DNA of 29,553 bases. It comes from a virus (Duplodnaviria; Heunggongvirae; Uroviricota; Caudoviricetes). This document shows positions 8,579 to 18,094 of the stretch, piece after piece; the stretch's first letter is position 1; every line of letters starts with the position of its first letter. The position numbers were made by a program, and so were the translations under genes. The stretch lies in IMG/VR virus record IMGVR_UViG_2579778538_000006, positions 1-29,553 of that record; one strand, 5' to 3'. The notes below the pieces were generated by a model. That model was not told the DNA's origin. It ran no database searches and saw nothing but the letters and a program-made list of their open reading frames with translations.

Positions 8579-8602
8579 GCTCTGACAGTATATTGTCAGA
8601 GC
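8579..8602. repeat. Inverted repeat GCTCTGACA-N6-TGTCAGAGC upstream of cos
   Basis: Read directly; 9-bp perfect arms. Preceded by clustered TGCAT/ATGCA motifs (8531-8566). Confidence 0.5.
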
Positions 8603-8659
8603 TGGCGCGAATCTGGATTGTTCGTGCAACTGCATTAAAACCGCCCTATGAAGCGGGCG

Positions 8660-8678
8660 GGCGAGGCGGGGAAAGCAC
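8660..8678. other. cos: cos site (19-nt cohesive end sequence, P2-type)
   Basis: Exact occurrence of GGCGAGGCGGGGAAAGCAC, which I recall as the P2 19-nt cohesive end; located just upstream of portal gene Q as in P2. Confidence 0.7.
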
Positions 8679-8819
8679 TGCGCGCTGGCGGTGGTGCTGA
8701 TTTTATTTTTTCAGCGTCTGAGCGCGTCGTGACGGCGTTTAGTCTGCCCGTTGAGGCGCTGGTGTGTCTGCGGGGTGTTTTGTGCGGTGGTGAGCGTGTG
8801 AGGGCGTGATGACGGGGTG

Positions 8820-8843
8820 TAAAAAAGCCGCCCGCAGGCGGCG
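8820..8843 (-). terminator. Rho-independent terminator downstream of Q (minus strand)
   Basis: On the minus strand: GCCGCC-TGCG-GGCGGC hairpin followed by TTTTTT, immediately after the Q stop codon. Confidence 0.65.
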
Positions 8844-8847
8844 ATGT

Positions 8848-9882
8848 TCAGTCGTTGTCAGTGTCCAGTGAGTAGTTTTTAAAGCGGATGACTTCCTGAC
8901 CGAGCCAGCCGTTTATTTCCCGAATCCTGTCCTGTAGCGGGATAAGCTCATTGCGGACAAAGACCTTTGCCACTTTCTCAATATCACCCAGCGACCCGAC
9001 GTTCTCCGGCTTGCCGCCCATCAACTGAAAGGGGATGCGGTGCGCGTCCAGCAGGTCAGCGGCGCTGGCTTTTTTGATATTAAAAAAATCGTCCTTCGTT
9101 GCCACTTCACTAAGGGGGATAATTTTAATACCGTCGGCTTTCCCCTGCGGGGCATAGAGAAACAGGTTTTTAAAGTTGTTGCGGCCTTTCGACTTCACCA
9201 TGTTTTCGCGAAGCGTTTCGATATCGTTGCGATCCTGCACGGCATCGGTGACGTACATGATGTATCCGGCATGAGCGCCGTTTTCGTAATACTTGCGGCG
9301 GAACAGCGTGGCCGATTCATTCAGCCAGGCAGAGTTAAGGGCGCTGAGATATTCCGGCAGGCCGTACAGCTCCTGATTAATATCCGGCTCCAGCAGGTGA
9401 AACACGGAGCCGGGCGCGAAAGGTGTCGGCTCGTTGAAGGACGGCACCCACCAGTAAACATCCTCCTCAACACCACGGCGGGTATATTTTGCCGGTGAGG
9501 TTTCCAGTCTGATGACCTTACCGGTGGTGCTGTAACGCTTTTCCAGAAACGCATTACCGAACACCAGAAAATCCAGCACAAAGCGGCTGAAATCCTGCTG
9601 GGAAAGCCACGGGTGCGGGATAAACGTTGAAGCCAGAATATTACGTTTGACGTAAATCGGTGAGCTGTGATGCACGGCAGCACGCAGGCTTTTTGCCAGA
9701 CCGGTAAAGCTGACCGGCGGCTCATACCATCTGCCGTTACTGATGCACTCGACGTAATCCAGAATGTCACGGCGGTCGAGTACCGGCACCGGCTCGCCAA
9801 AGGTGAATGCTTCCATTTTCGGAGCGCTGGCGGTGATTGTTTTTGCCGCAGGTTGCGGTGTTTTCCCTTTTTTCTTGCTCAT
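8848..9882 (-). CDS. Q: Portal (capsid vertex) protein Q, 344 aa
   Basis: 344 aa, same as P2 Q; adjacent to cos and co-directional with terminase P on minus strand; ATGA overlap with P stop. Confidence 0.9.
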   Translation of the reverse strand: MSKKKGKTPQPAAKTITASAPKMEAFTFGEPVPVLDRRDILDYVECISNGRWYEPPVSFTGLAKSLRAAVHHSSPIYVKRNILASTFIPHPWLSQQDFSRFVLDFLVFGNAFLEKRYSTTGKVIRLETSPAKYTRRGVEEDVYWWVPSFNEPTPFAPGSVFHLLEPDINQELYGLPEYLSALNSAWLNESATLFRRKYYENGAHAGYIMYVTDAVQDRNDIETLRENMVKSKGRNNFKNLFLYAPQGKADGIKIIPLSEVATKDDFFNIKKASAADLLDAHRIPFQLMGGKPENVGSLGDIEKVAKVFVRNELIPLQDRIREINGWLGQEVIRFKNYSLDTDND

Positions 9883-11654
9883 CAGTAAAACTCCAGAATG
9901 GTGGATGTCAGCGGGGTGCTGATACCGGCGGTGAGTGGCTCATTTAACAGGGCGTGCATGGTCGCCCAGGCGAGGTCGGCATGGCTGGCTTCCTCGCTGC
10001 GGCTGGCCTCATAGGTGGCGCTGCGTCCGCTGCTGGTCATGGTTTTGCGGATAGCCATGAACGAGCTGGTGATGTCGGTGGCGCTGACGTCATATTCCAG
10101 ACAGCCACGGCGGATAACGTCTTTTGCCTTGAGCACCATTGCGGTTTTCATTTCCGGCGTGTAGCGGATGTCGCGCGCGGCGGGATAGAACGAGCGCACG
10201 AGCTGGAACACGCCGACACCGAGGCCGGTGGCATCAATACCGATGTATTCGACGTTGTATTTTTCGGTGAGTTTGCGGATGGATTCCGCCTGGGTGGCAA
10301 AGTCCATGCCTTTCCACTGGTGACGCTCAAGTATTCTGAATTTGCCACCGGCCACCACCGGCGGTGCCAGCACCACGCATCCGGCGCTGTCGCCACGGTG
10401 TGACGGGTCGTAACCAATCCATACCGGGCGGGAGCCGAACGGATTGGTGGCAAACGGCGCATAGTCTTCCCATTCTTCCAGCGTGTCGACCATGCAGCGT
10501 TGCAGCTCCTCGAACGGGAACACCGACGCCTTGTCGTCAACAAATTCACACATGAACAGGTTTTTAAAATCGTCGGCGCTGTTTTCACGTTTGAGCTGCT
10601 CAATGTCGAACAGTGTGCAGCCGCCTTTCAGGGCGTCCTCAATGGTGACAATCTGCCGCCACTGGCCGTCTGCACAGAGAAGCCCACCGGCAAGGGCGTT
10701 ATGACTGACGTCGATTTCCACGCGTTCGGCGGCGCTGGCGCGTCCCCGGTTAAACAGTTCACCCGACCAGAACGGGTAGGCGTCGTGCGCCAGCGTGGAC
10801 GGGGTGGAGAAATAAGTCGAGCGCAGGTGACTTTGTGAGGCCATACCTGATGCCACCTTACGCAGTACCTGAAAATTCGGGATCCAGAAAATCTCGTCGA
10901 CGTACAGGTCGCCGTTATGGCTCTGTGCGGTGTTGGAGTTGGTGCCGAGAAAAATCAGTTTTGCGCCGTTATTGCCCAGGACAATCGGGTCACCGGTCAG
11001 GTCAACGTCAACCAGCCGGGCAAAGGCGATGATGTATTCGCGGAACACATACGCCTGCGTTTTACTGGCCGACAGAAAAATCTGGTTATGGCCGGTTTTC
11101 AGGGCGCGCAGCAGCGCCTCGCGGGAAAAATAAAACGTCGCGCCAATCTGGCGGGATTTCAGAATATCGCGGATGCGGTGCTCAAGCCCGGCGCGATACC
11201 AGTGCAACTGATATTCGAAAGACTGCTCAAAGAAAATCTGCTCCAGCTTTTCGATGGCCTCGTCACTGAAAAAATTCTTTTTCGGTTTGCGACGCCCGCC
11301 TTTGTTGCGGTTAGCGACGTTCGGATTAAGGTCTGCCTCGTTGCCGGTCTGACTGTAACGGTTTACCCGTGCCAGTCGTTCAATCTGGCGTCCCAGCAGG
11401 TCAATTTCCTTGAAGTCACCGCCGGTTTTCTGCGGTTTGATGATGAGCTGGGTCAGCCGCGCTTCCAGACTCATTTCGACACGGCTGATGGGGGCAACGC
11501 TGTCCCAGCCGTCGCGCTGTTTCCAGCTCTGCACCGTCGGGCGTTTCATCTGCAACATGGCGGCAATCTGCGGCACGGAAAACCCCTGCCAGTACAGCAG
11601 CGCCGCCTGACGACGCGGGTCGTGTAAAAGAGTGGTGTCTGTGGTGATGGTCAT
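9882..11654 (-). CDS. P: Terminase ATPase (large) subunit P, 590 aa
   Basis: 590 aa from internal ATG at 11654 (GAGGT RBS upstream), matching P2 P length; divergent from O; HTH-like N-terminus and large nuclease/ATPase body. Confidence 0.9.
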   Translation of the reverse strand: MTITTDTTLLHDPRRQAALLYWQGFSVPQIAAMLQMKRPTVQSWKQRDGWDSVAPISRVEMSLEARLTQLIIKPQKTGGDFKEIDLLGRQIERLARVNRYSQTGNEADLNPNVANRNKGGRRKPKKNFFSDEAIEKLEQIFFEQSFEYQLHWYRAGLEHRIRDILKSRQIGATFYFSREALLRALKTGHNQIFLSASKTQAYVFREYIIAFARLVDVDLTGDPIVLGNNGAKLIFLGTNSNTAQSHNGDLYVDEIFWIPNFQVLRKVASGMASQSHLRSTYFSTPSTLAHDAYPFWSGELFNRGRASAAERVEIDVSHNALAGGLLCADGQWRQIVTIEDALKGGCTLFDIEQLKRENSADDFKNLFMCEFVDDKASVFPFEELQRCMVDTLEEWEDYAPFATNPFGSRPVWIGYDPSHRGDSAGCVVLAPPVVAGGKFRILERHQWKGMDFATQAESIRKLTEKYNVEYIGIDATGLGVGVFQLVRSFYPAARDIRYTPEMKTAMVLKAKDVIRRGCLEYDVSATDITSSFMAIRKTMTSSGRSATYEASRSEEASHADLAWATMHALLNEPLTAGISTPLTSTILEFY

Positions 11655-11827
11655 GAATACCTCGCCGTGATGAATACACGGCAAGGCTACTGAGTCGCGC
11701 CCCGCGATTCGCTAAGGTGCTGTTGTGTCAGTGATAAGCCATCCGGGACTGATGGCGGAGGATGCGCATCGTCGGGAAACTGATGCCGACATGTGACTCC
11801 TCTAATCACTATTCAGGACTCCTGACA
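11655..11827. promoter_or_regulatory. Divergent late promoter region between P and O (expected Ogr/Delta-activated promoters)
   Basis: Intergenic between divergent Q-P and O-N-M-L operons as in P2; contains TGT-rich segment (gctgttgtgtcagtgataagcca) and inverted repeat CCATC..GATGG; exact activator site not assigned. Confidence 0.35.
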
Positions 11828-12688
11828 ATGGCAAAAAAAGTTTCAAAATTCTTTCGTATCGGCGTTGAGGGTGACACCTGTGACGGGCGTGTCATCAGTG
11901 CGCAGGATATTCAGGAAATGGCCGAAACCTTTGACCCGCGAGTCTATGGTTGCCGCATTAACCTGGAACATCTGCGCGGCATCCTGCCTGACGGTATTTT
12001 TAAACGTTATGGCGATGTGGCCGAACTGAAGGCCGAAAAGATTGACGATGATTCGGCGCTGAAAGGCAAATGGGCGCTGTTTGCGAAAATCACCCCGACC
12101 GATGACCTTATCGCGATGAACAAGGCCGCGCAGAAGGTCTACACCTCAATGGAAATTCAGCCGAACTTTGCCAACACCGGCAAATGTTATCTGGTGGGGC
12201 TGGCCGTCACCGATGACCCGGCAAGCCTCGGTACGGAATACCTGGAATTCTGCCGCACGGCAAAACACAACCCCCTGAACCGCTTCAAATTAAGCCCTGA
12301 AAACCTGATTTCAGTGGCAACGCCCGTTGAGCTGGAATTTGAAGACCTGCCTGAAACCGTGTTCACCGCCCTGACCGAAAAGGTGAAATCCATTTTTGGC
12401 CGCAAACAGGCCAGCGATGACGCCCGTCTGAATGACGTGCATGAAGCGGTGACCGCTGTTGCTGAACATGTGCAGGAAAAACTGAGCGCCACTGAGCAGC
12501 GCCTCGCTGAGATGGAAACCGCCTTTTCCGCACTTAAGCAGGATGTGACTGACAGGGCGGATGAAACCAGCCAGGCATTCACCCGCCTGAAAGACAGTCT
12601 CGACAGCACCGAAAGTCTGACCCAGCAGCGCCGCAGCAAGGCCACCGGCGGTGGCGGTGGCGGTGACGCCCTGATGACGAACTGCTGA
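11828..12688 (+). CDS. O: Capsid scaffolding protein O, 286 aa
   Basis: Position after P; start at MAKKVSKFF gives about the P2 O size (284 aa); coiled-coil-like C-terminal half and Gly-rich tail. Confidence 0.85.
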   Translation: MAKKVSKFFRIGVEGDTCDGRVISAQDIQEMAETFDPRVYGCRINLEHLRGILPDGIFKRYGDVAELKAEKIDDDSALKGKWALFAKITPTDDLIAMNKAAQKVYTSMEIQPNFANTGKCYLVGLAVTDDPASLGTEYLEFCRTAKHNPLNRFKLSPENLISVATPVELEFEDLPETVFTALTEKVKSIFGRKQASDDARLNDVHEAVTAVAEHVQEKLSATEQRLAEMETAFSALKQDVTDRADETSQAFTRLKDSLDSTESLTQQRRSKATGGGGGGDALMTNC

Positions 12689-12741
12689 CCGGCGTCAGTC
12701 CGGGAAACCTTCACGATTAACCCTTAATTTCAGGAAAAACT

Positions 12742-13815
12742 ATGCGCCAGGAAACCCGCTTTAAATTTAATGCCTACCTGTCCCGTGTTGCCGAACTGAA
12801 CGGCATCGACGCCGGTGATGTGTCGAAAAAATTCACCGTTGAACCGTCGGTCACCCAGACCCTGATGAACACCATGCAGGAGTCCTCTGACTTTCTGACC
12901 CGCATCAACATTGTGCCGGTCAGCGAAATGAAAGGGGAAAAAATTGGTATTGGTGTCACCGGCTCCATCGCCAGCACCACCGACACCGCCGGTGGCACCG
13001 AGCGTCAGCCGAAGGACTTCTCGAAGCTGGCGTCAAACAAGTACGAATGCGACCAGATTAACTTCGATTTTTATATCCGCTACAAAACGCTTGACCTGTG
13101 GGCGCGTTATCAGGATTTCCAGCTCCGTATCCGTAACGCCATTATCAAACGCCAGTCCCTTGATTTCATCATGGCCGGTTTTAACGGCGTGAAGCGTGCC
13201 GAAACCTCTGACCGCAGCAGCAATCCGATGTTGCAGGATGTGGCGGTCGGCTGGCTGCAGAAATACCGCAATGAAGCCCCGGCGCGCGTGATGAGCAAGG
13301 TCACTGACGAGGAAGGCCGCACCACCTCTGAGGTTATCCGCGTGGGTAAGGGCGGTGATTATGCCAGCCTTGATGCACTGGTGATGGATGCGACCAACAA
13401 CCTGATTGAGCCGTGGTATCAGGAAGACCCTGACCTTGTGGTGATTGTGGGACGTCAGCTACTGGCGGACAAGTATTTCCCCATCGTCAACAAGGAGCAG
13501 GACAACAGCGAAATGCTGGCCGCTGACGTCATCATCAGCCAGAAACGCATCGGTAATCTGCCGGCGGTACGCGTTCCGTACTTCCCGGCGGATGCGATGC
13601 TCATCACGAAGCTGGAAAACCTGTCCATCTACTACATGGATGACAGCCATCGCCGCGTGATTGAGGAAAACCCGAAACTCGACCGCGTGGAGAACTACGA
13701 GTCAATGAACATTGATTACGTGGTGGAAGACTACGCCGCTGGTTGTCTGGTGGAAAAAATTAAGGTCGGTGATTTCTCCACACCGGCTAAAGCGACCGCA
13801 GAGCCGGGAGCGTAA
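12742..13815 (+). CDS. N: Major capsid protein N, 357 aa
   Basis: 357 aa as in P2 N; follows scaffold gene. Confidence 0.9.
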   Translation: MRQETRFKFNAYLSRVAELNGIDAGDVSKKFTVEPSVTQTLMNTMQESSDFLTRINIVPVSEMKGEKIGIGVTGSIASTTDTAGGTERQPKDFSKLASNKYECDQINFDFYIRYKTLDLWARYQDFQLRIRNAIIKRQSLDFIMAGFNGVKRAETSDRSSNPMLQDVAVGWLQKYRNEAPARVMSKVTDEEGRTTSEVIRVGKGGDYASLDALVMDATNNLIEPWYQEDPDLVVIVGRQLLADKYFPIVNKEQDNSEMLAADVIISQKRIGNLPAVRVPYFPADAMLITKLENLSIYYMDDSHRRVIEENPKLDRVENYESMNIDYVVEDYAAGCLVEKIKVGDFSTPAKATAEPGA

Positions 13816-13818
13816 CCG

Positions 13819-14562
13819 ATGACGAGTCCCGCACAGCGCCACATGATGCGGGTCTCGGCAGCGATGACCGCGCAGCGGGAAGCCGCCCCGCTGCGACATG
13901 CAACTGTCTATGAGCAGATGCTGGTTAAGCTCGCCGCAGACCAGCGCACACTGAAAGCGATTTATTCAAAAGAGCTGAAGGCCGCGAAAAAACGCGAACT
14001 GCTTCCGTTCTGGTTGCCGTGGGTGAACGGCGTGCTGGAGCAGGGCAAAGGCGCACAGGATGACATTCTGATGACGGTCATGCTGTGGCGTCTGGATACC
14101 GGCGATATTGCCGGTGCGCTGGAGATTGCCCGTTATGCCCTGAAATACGGTCTGACCATGCCGGGTAAACACCGCCGTACCCCGCCGTACATGTTCACCG
14201 AGGAGGTGGCACTTGCGGCCATGCGCGCCCACGCTGCCGGTGAGTCTGTGGATACCCGCCTGCTGACGGACACCCTTGAACTGACCGCCACGGCTGACAT
14301 GCCTGATGAAGTGCGCGCAAAGCTGCACAAAATCACAGGTCTGTTTCTGCGTGACGCTGGTGATGCCGCAGGGGCGCTGGCGCACCTGCAACGCGCGACA
14401 CAGCTCGACTGTCAGGCAGGCGTCAAAAAAGAGATTGAACGACTGGAGCGGGAGCTGAAACCGAAGCCGGAGCCGCAGCCCAAAGCGGCCACCCGCGCCC
14501 CACGTAAGACCCGGAGCGTGACACCGGCAAAACGTGGACGCCCGAAAAAGAAAGCCAGTTAA
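13819..14562 (+). CDS. M: Terminase endonuclease (small) subunit M, 247 aa
   Basis: 247 aa as in P2 M; basic Lys/Arg/Pro-rich C-terminus; position after N. Confidence 0.85.
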   Translation: MTSPAQRHMMRVSAAMTAQREAAPLRHATVYEQMLVKLAADQRTLKAIYSKELKAAKKRELLPFWLPWVNGVLEQGKGAQDDILMTVMLWRLDTGDIAGALEIARYALKYGLTMPGKHRRTPPYMFTEEVALAAMRAHAAGESVDTRLLTDTLELTATADMPDEVRAKLHKITGLFLRDAGDAAGALAHLQRATQLDCQAGVKKEIERLERELKPKPEPQPKAATRAPRKTRSVTPAKRGRPKKKAS

Positions 14563-14660
14563 CAACGAATGCGCCCCGCGCCAGGGCGGCACGCCGGTCA
14601 GTGAGGGTGAATCACCTGACCCTGTACCGGCGTCCACCGCCCGACTTTTCAGAGGTAGTC

Positions 14661-15170
14661 ATGATGACGCTGATTATTCCGCGAAAGGAGGCTCCCGTGT
14701 CCGGTGAGGGTACGGTGGTCATCCCGCAACCGGCAGGCGACGAGCCGGTGATTAAAAACACGTTCTTTTTTCCCGATATCGACCCGAAGCGCGTCCGGGA
14801 ACGTATGCGCCTTGAGCAGACCGTCGCCCCCGCCCGTCTGCGTGAGGCCATCAAGTCAGGCATGGCGGAGACGAATGCGGAGCTGTACGAGTACCGCGAA
14901 CAGAAAATTGCCGCCGGTTTTACGCGTCTGGCGGACGTCCCGGCGGACGACATCGACGGTGAAAGCATCAAAGTTTTTTACTACGAGCGCGCCGTGTGTG
15001 CGATGGCGACCGCGTCGCTTTATGAGCGTTACCGCGGCGTGGATGCCAGTGCCAAGGGCGACAAGAAGGCCGACAGCATTGACAGCACCATTGATGAGCT
15101 GTGGCGGGATATGCGCTGGGCAGTGGCGCGCATCCAGGACAAGCCGCGCTGCATCGTGAGTCAAATCTGA
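14661..15170 (+). CDS. L: Head completion/stabilisation protein L, 169 aa
   Basis: Start at ATGATG 14661 (GAGG RBS) gives 169 aa, matching P2 L; stop overlaps X start (TGATG). Confidence 0.8.
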   Translation: MMTLIIPRKEAPVSGEGTVVIPQPAGDEPVIKNTFFFPDIDPKRVRERMRLEQTVAPARLREAIKSGMAETNAELYEYREQKIAAGFTRLADVPADDIDGESIKVFYYERAVCAMATASLYERYRGVDASAKGDKKADSIDSTIDELWRDMRWAVARIQDKPRCIVSQI

Positions 15171-15373
15171 TGAAGACCTTTGCGCTACAGGGCGACACGC
15201 TCGACGCCATTTGTGTCCGGTATTACGGGCGCACTGAGGGCGTGGTTGAGACCGTGCTCGCCGCAAATCCGGGACTGGCTGAACTGGGTGCGGTGCTGCC
15301 GCACGGCACCGCCGTCGAACTGCCCGACGTTCAGACCGCGCCCGTGGCTGAAACTGTCAATCTGTGGGAGTAA
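15170..15373 (+). CDS. X: Tail protein X, 67 aa
   Basis: 67 aa as in P2 X; start overlaps L stop at 15168-15172. Confidence 0.8.
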   Translation: MKTFALQGDTLDAICVRYYGRTEGVVETVLAANPGLAELGAVLPHGTAVELPDVQTAPVAETVNLWE

Positions 15374-15376
15374 CGC

Positions 15377-15658
15377 ATGACAGCAGAAGAAAAAAGCGTC
15401 CTGTCGCTTTTCATGATTGGGGTGCTGATTGTTGTCGGCAAGGTGCTTGCCGGTGGTGAACCCATCACCCCGCGTCTGTTTATCGGGCGCATGTTGCTCG
15501 GTGGTTTTGTCTCGATGGTTGCCGGTGTTGTTCTGGTGCAGTTTCCTGACCTGTCACTGCCTGCGGTGTGCGGCATCGGCTCCATGCTGGGTATCGCCGG
15601 TTATCAGGTGATTGAGATTGCCATTCAGCGCCGCTTTAAGGGCAGGGGGAAACCGTAA
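15377..15658 (+). CDS. Y: Holin (P2 Y-like), 93 aa
   Basis: 93 aa with hydrophobic transmembrane segments and charged C-terminus; first gene of lysis cassette; size equals P2 Y. Confidence 0.8.
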   Translation: MTAEEKSVLSLFMIGVLIVVGKVLAGGEPITPRLFIGRMLLGGFVSMVAGVVLVQFPDLSLPAVCGIGSMLGIAGYQVIEIAIQRRFKGRGKP

Positions 15659-16155
15659 TGCCGGTAATTAACACACATCAGAATATCGCCGCCTTTCTCG
15701 ACATGCTGGCCGTGTCCGAAGGGACGGCGAATCATCCGCTGACGAAAAACCGGGGCTATGACGTGATAGTCACCGGACTGGACGGAAAGCCGGAAATTTT
15801 CACCGACTACAGTGACCACCCGTTCGCGCATGGCCGACCGGCGAAGGTGTTTAACCGTCGCGGTGAAAAATCCACGGCCTCCGGTCGCTATCAGCAGCTT
15901 TACCTGTTCTGGCCGCACTACCGCAAACAGCTTGCCCTGCCGGATTTCAGTCCGTTGTCGCAGGACAGACTCGCCATTCAGTTGATCCGCGAACGCGGTG
16001 CACTGGATGACATCCGGGCGGGACGCATTGAGCGCGCCATTTCACGCTGTCGCAATATCTGGGCGTCCCTGCCGGGTGCCGGTTACGGTCAGCGTGAGCA
16101 TTCACTGGAAAAACTGGTCACCGTCTGGCGTACCGCCGGCGGCGTACCGGCTTAA
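15658..16155 (+). CDS. K: Endolysin (P2 K-like lysozyme), 165 aa
   Basis: 165 aa as in P2 K; immediately follows holin with ATGA-type overlap. Confidence 0.85.
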   Translation: MPVINTHQNIAAFLDMLAVSEGTANHPLTKNRGYDVIVTGLDGKPEIFTDYSDHPFAHGRPAKVFNRRGEKSTASGRYQQLYLFWPHYRKQLALPDFSPLSQDRLAIQLIRERGALDDIRAGRIERAISRCRNIWASLPGAGYGQREHSLEKLVTVWRTAGGVPA

Positions 16156-16169
16156 ACGGAGTAAACACC

Positions 16170-16595
16170 ATGAAGAAATTATCCCTTTCACTGATGCTGA
16201 ACGTGTCGCTGGCGCTGATGCTGGCACTGTCCCTGATTTACCCGCAGAGCGTGGCCGTCAATTTTGTCGCCGCCTGGGCGATTCTGGCGACGGTTATCTG
16301 TGTGGTTGCCGGTGGTGTCGGCGTGTATGCCACGGAGTATGTACTGGAACGCTACGGGCGGGAGCTGCCGCCGGAATCGCTGGCCGTGCAGATTGTCACG
16401 TCGCTGTTTTTGCAGCCGGTGCCGTGGCGCAGACGGGCGGCGGCTCTGGTGGTGATGGTGGCGACGTTTGTCTCGCTGATTGCTGCCGGGTGGATTTTTA
16501 CCGCGCTGATTTATCTCATGACGTCGCTGTTTTTCCGGCTGATACGCACGGCCTGCCGTCAGCGTATTGAGGGGCGGGAACCATGTCAAAGCTGA
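16170..16595 (+). CDS. lysA: Lysis regulatory membrane protein LysA, 141 aa
   Basis: 141 aa multi-pass hydrophobic protein at the P2 lysA position. Confidence 0.75.
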   Translation: MKKLSLSLMLNVSLALMLALSLIYPQSVAVNFVAAWAILATVICVVAGGVGVYATEYVLERYGRELPPESLAVQIVTSLFLQPVPWRRRAAALVVMVATFVSLIAAGWIFTALIYLMTSLFFRLIRTACRQRIEGREPCQS

Positions 16596-17008
16596 TGACT
16601 GTGCTGGTTGTGTTGTTATCGCTGGCGGTGGCCGGTCTGTTTCTGGTGAAACACAAAAATGACAGCCTGCGCGCCTCGCTGGACAGGGCGAATAACGTCG
16701 CCAGTGAACAGCAGACGACCATCACCATGCTGAAAAATCAGCTTCATGTTGCCCTCACCAGGGCAGACAAAAACGAGCTGGCGCAGGTGGCACTGCGTCA
16801 GGAACTGGAGAACGCCGCGAAGCGTGAAGCACAGCGCGAGAAAACCATCACGAGGTTACTCAATGAAAACGAAGATTTCCGCCACTGGTACGGTGCTGAC
16901 CTGCCTGATGCTGTGCGCCGGTTGCACCAGCGCCCCGCCTGCGCAGACGCCAGTGATTGTCGCCAACGCCTGCCCGAAAGTGAGCCTTTGCCCGATGCCG
17001 GGCAGTGA
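16583..17008 (+). CDS. lysB: Inner-membrane spanin component LysB (Rz-like), 141 aa
   Basis: N-terminal TM anchor then coiled-coil periplasmic region; 141 aa as in P2 LysB. Confidence 0.8.
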   Translation: MSKLMTVLVVLLSLAVAGLFLVKHKNDSLRASLDRANNVASEQQTTITMLKNQLHVALTRADKNELAQVALRQELENAAKREAQREKTITRLLNENEDFRHWYGADLPDAVRRLHQRPACADASDCRQRLPESEPLPDAGQ

Positions 17009-17153
17009 CCCGGAGACGAACGGCGATTTAAGTGCCGATATCCGGCAGCTTGAGAACGCGCTGGCACGCTGTGCCAGCCAGGTAAAAATGATTAAACACT
17101 GTCAGGACGAAAACGATGCTCAAACCCGACAGCCTGCGCAGGGCGCTGACTGA
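16863..17153 (+). CDS. lysC: Outer-membrane lipoprotein spanin component LysC (Rz1-like), 96 aa, embedded in +1 frame of lysB 3' end
   Basis: Internal ATG at 16863 in alternative frame; signal peptide with Cys-containing lipobox-like segment (TVLTCLMLCAGCTS); 96 aa equals P2 LysC; overlaps lysB and the start of R. Confidence 0.75.
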   Translation: MKTKISATGTVLTCLMLCAGCTSAPPAQTPVIVANACPKVSLCPMPGSDPETNGDLSADIRQLENALARCASQVKMIKHCQDENDAQTRQPAQGAD

Positions 17154-17583
17154 TGCCGTCACGGTGCTGAAAACCAGTCCCGAGATGCTGCGGATATTCG
17201 TGGATAACGGGAGTATTGCCTCCACACTGGCGACGTCGCTGTCATTTGAAAAGCGTTACACGCTCAATGTCATTGTGACCGACTTTACCGGTGATTTTGA
17301 CCTGCTCATCGTGCCGGTGCTGGCGTGGCTGCGGGAAAATCAGCCCGACATCATGACCACCGACGAAGGCCAGAAAAAGGGCTTCACGTTTTATGCAGAC
17401 ATCAACAATGACAGCAGCTTTGATATCAGCATCAGCCTGATGCTGACCGAGCGCACGCTGGTCAGTGAGGTGGATGGCGCGCTGCATGTGAAGAATATCC
17501 CGGAACCCCCGCCGCCGGAGCCGGTCACCCGCCCGATGGAGCTTTATATCAATGGCGAACTGGTGAGCAAGTGGGATGAATGA
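17116..17583 (+). CDS. R: Tail completion protein R, 155 aa
   Basis: 155 aa as in P2 R; position after lysis cassette. Confidence 0.8.
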   Translation: MLKPDSLRRALTDAVTVLKTSPEMLRIFVDNGSIASTLATSLSFEKRYTLNVIVTDFTGDFDLLIVPVLAWLRENQPDIMTTDEGQKKGFTFYADINNDSSFDISISLMLTERTLVSEVDGALHVKNIPEPPPPEPVTRPMELYINGELVSKWDE

Positions 17584-18028
17584 GTTTAAGCGTTTTGAAG
17601 ACCGGCTGACCGGACTTATTGAATCGCTGTCACCGTCAGGGCGTCGGCGACTGAGTGCCGAACTGGCGAAACGTCTGCGTCAGAGTCAGCAGCGTCGGGT
17701 GATGGCACAGAAAGCCCCGGACGGCACACCCTACGCGCCACGCCAGCAGCAGATCGCCAGAAAAAAGACCGGTCGTGTTAAGCGAAAAATGTTTGCGAAA
17801 CTTATCACCAGTCGTTTTTTGCATATCCGCGCCAGCCCGGAACAGGCATCAATGGAATTTTACGGCGGGAAGTCGCCGAAAATCGCCAGTGTGCATCAGT
17901 TCGGTCTGTCGGAAGAAACCCGGAAAGACGGTAAGAAAATTGATTATCCGGCGCGTCCTCTGCTCGGCTTTACCGGTGAGGATGTGCAGATGATTGAAGA
18001 GATTATCCTGGCTCACCTTGAGCGTTAG
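17576..18028 (+). CDS. S: Tail completion protein S, 150 aa
   Basis: 150 aa as in P2 S; start overlaps R stop. Confidence 0.8.
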   Translation: MNEFKRFEDRLTGLIESLSPSGRRRLSAELAKRLRQSQQRRVMAQKAPDGTPYAPRQQQIARKKTGRVKRKMFAKLITSRFLHIRASPEQASMEFYGGKSPKIASVHQFGLSEETRKDGKKIDYPARPLLGFTGEDVQMIEEIILAHLER

Positions 18029-18094
18029 TTGTGCCATTCCCGACACCTCATCGTCACATTGCCGCCGGTATGACCCGGCGGCATCCTTCCCGTT

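Noticed and set aside
9040-11627. Plus-strand ORFs antisense to portal Q and terminase P (9040-9498, 9954-10403, 10917-11627 and others)
   Set aside because: Lie entirely within long minus-strand structural genes of expected P2 sizes; Arg/Gly/Ala-rich composition typical of antisense GC-rich frames.
12640-12670. GGC/GGT repeat encoding a poly-Gly tract
   Set aside because: It is the in-frame Gly-rich C-terminus of scaffold protein O (TGGGGGGDALM), not an independent repeat element or CRISPR.
12187-12714. Minus-strand 175-aa ORF antisense to scaffold gene O
   Set aside because: Ser/Arg-rich low-complexity translation antisense to a supported CDS.
13966-15266. Minus-strand ORFs antisense to M, L and X (13966-14637, 14612-14971, 14856-15266)
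   Set aside because: Antisense to syntenic, size-matched late genes; no independent support.
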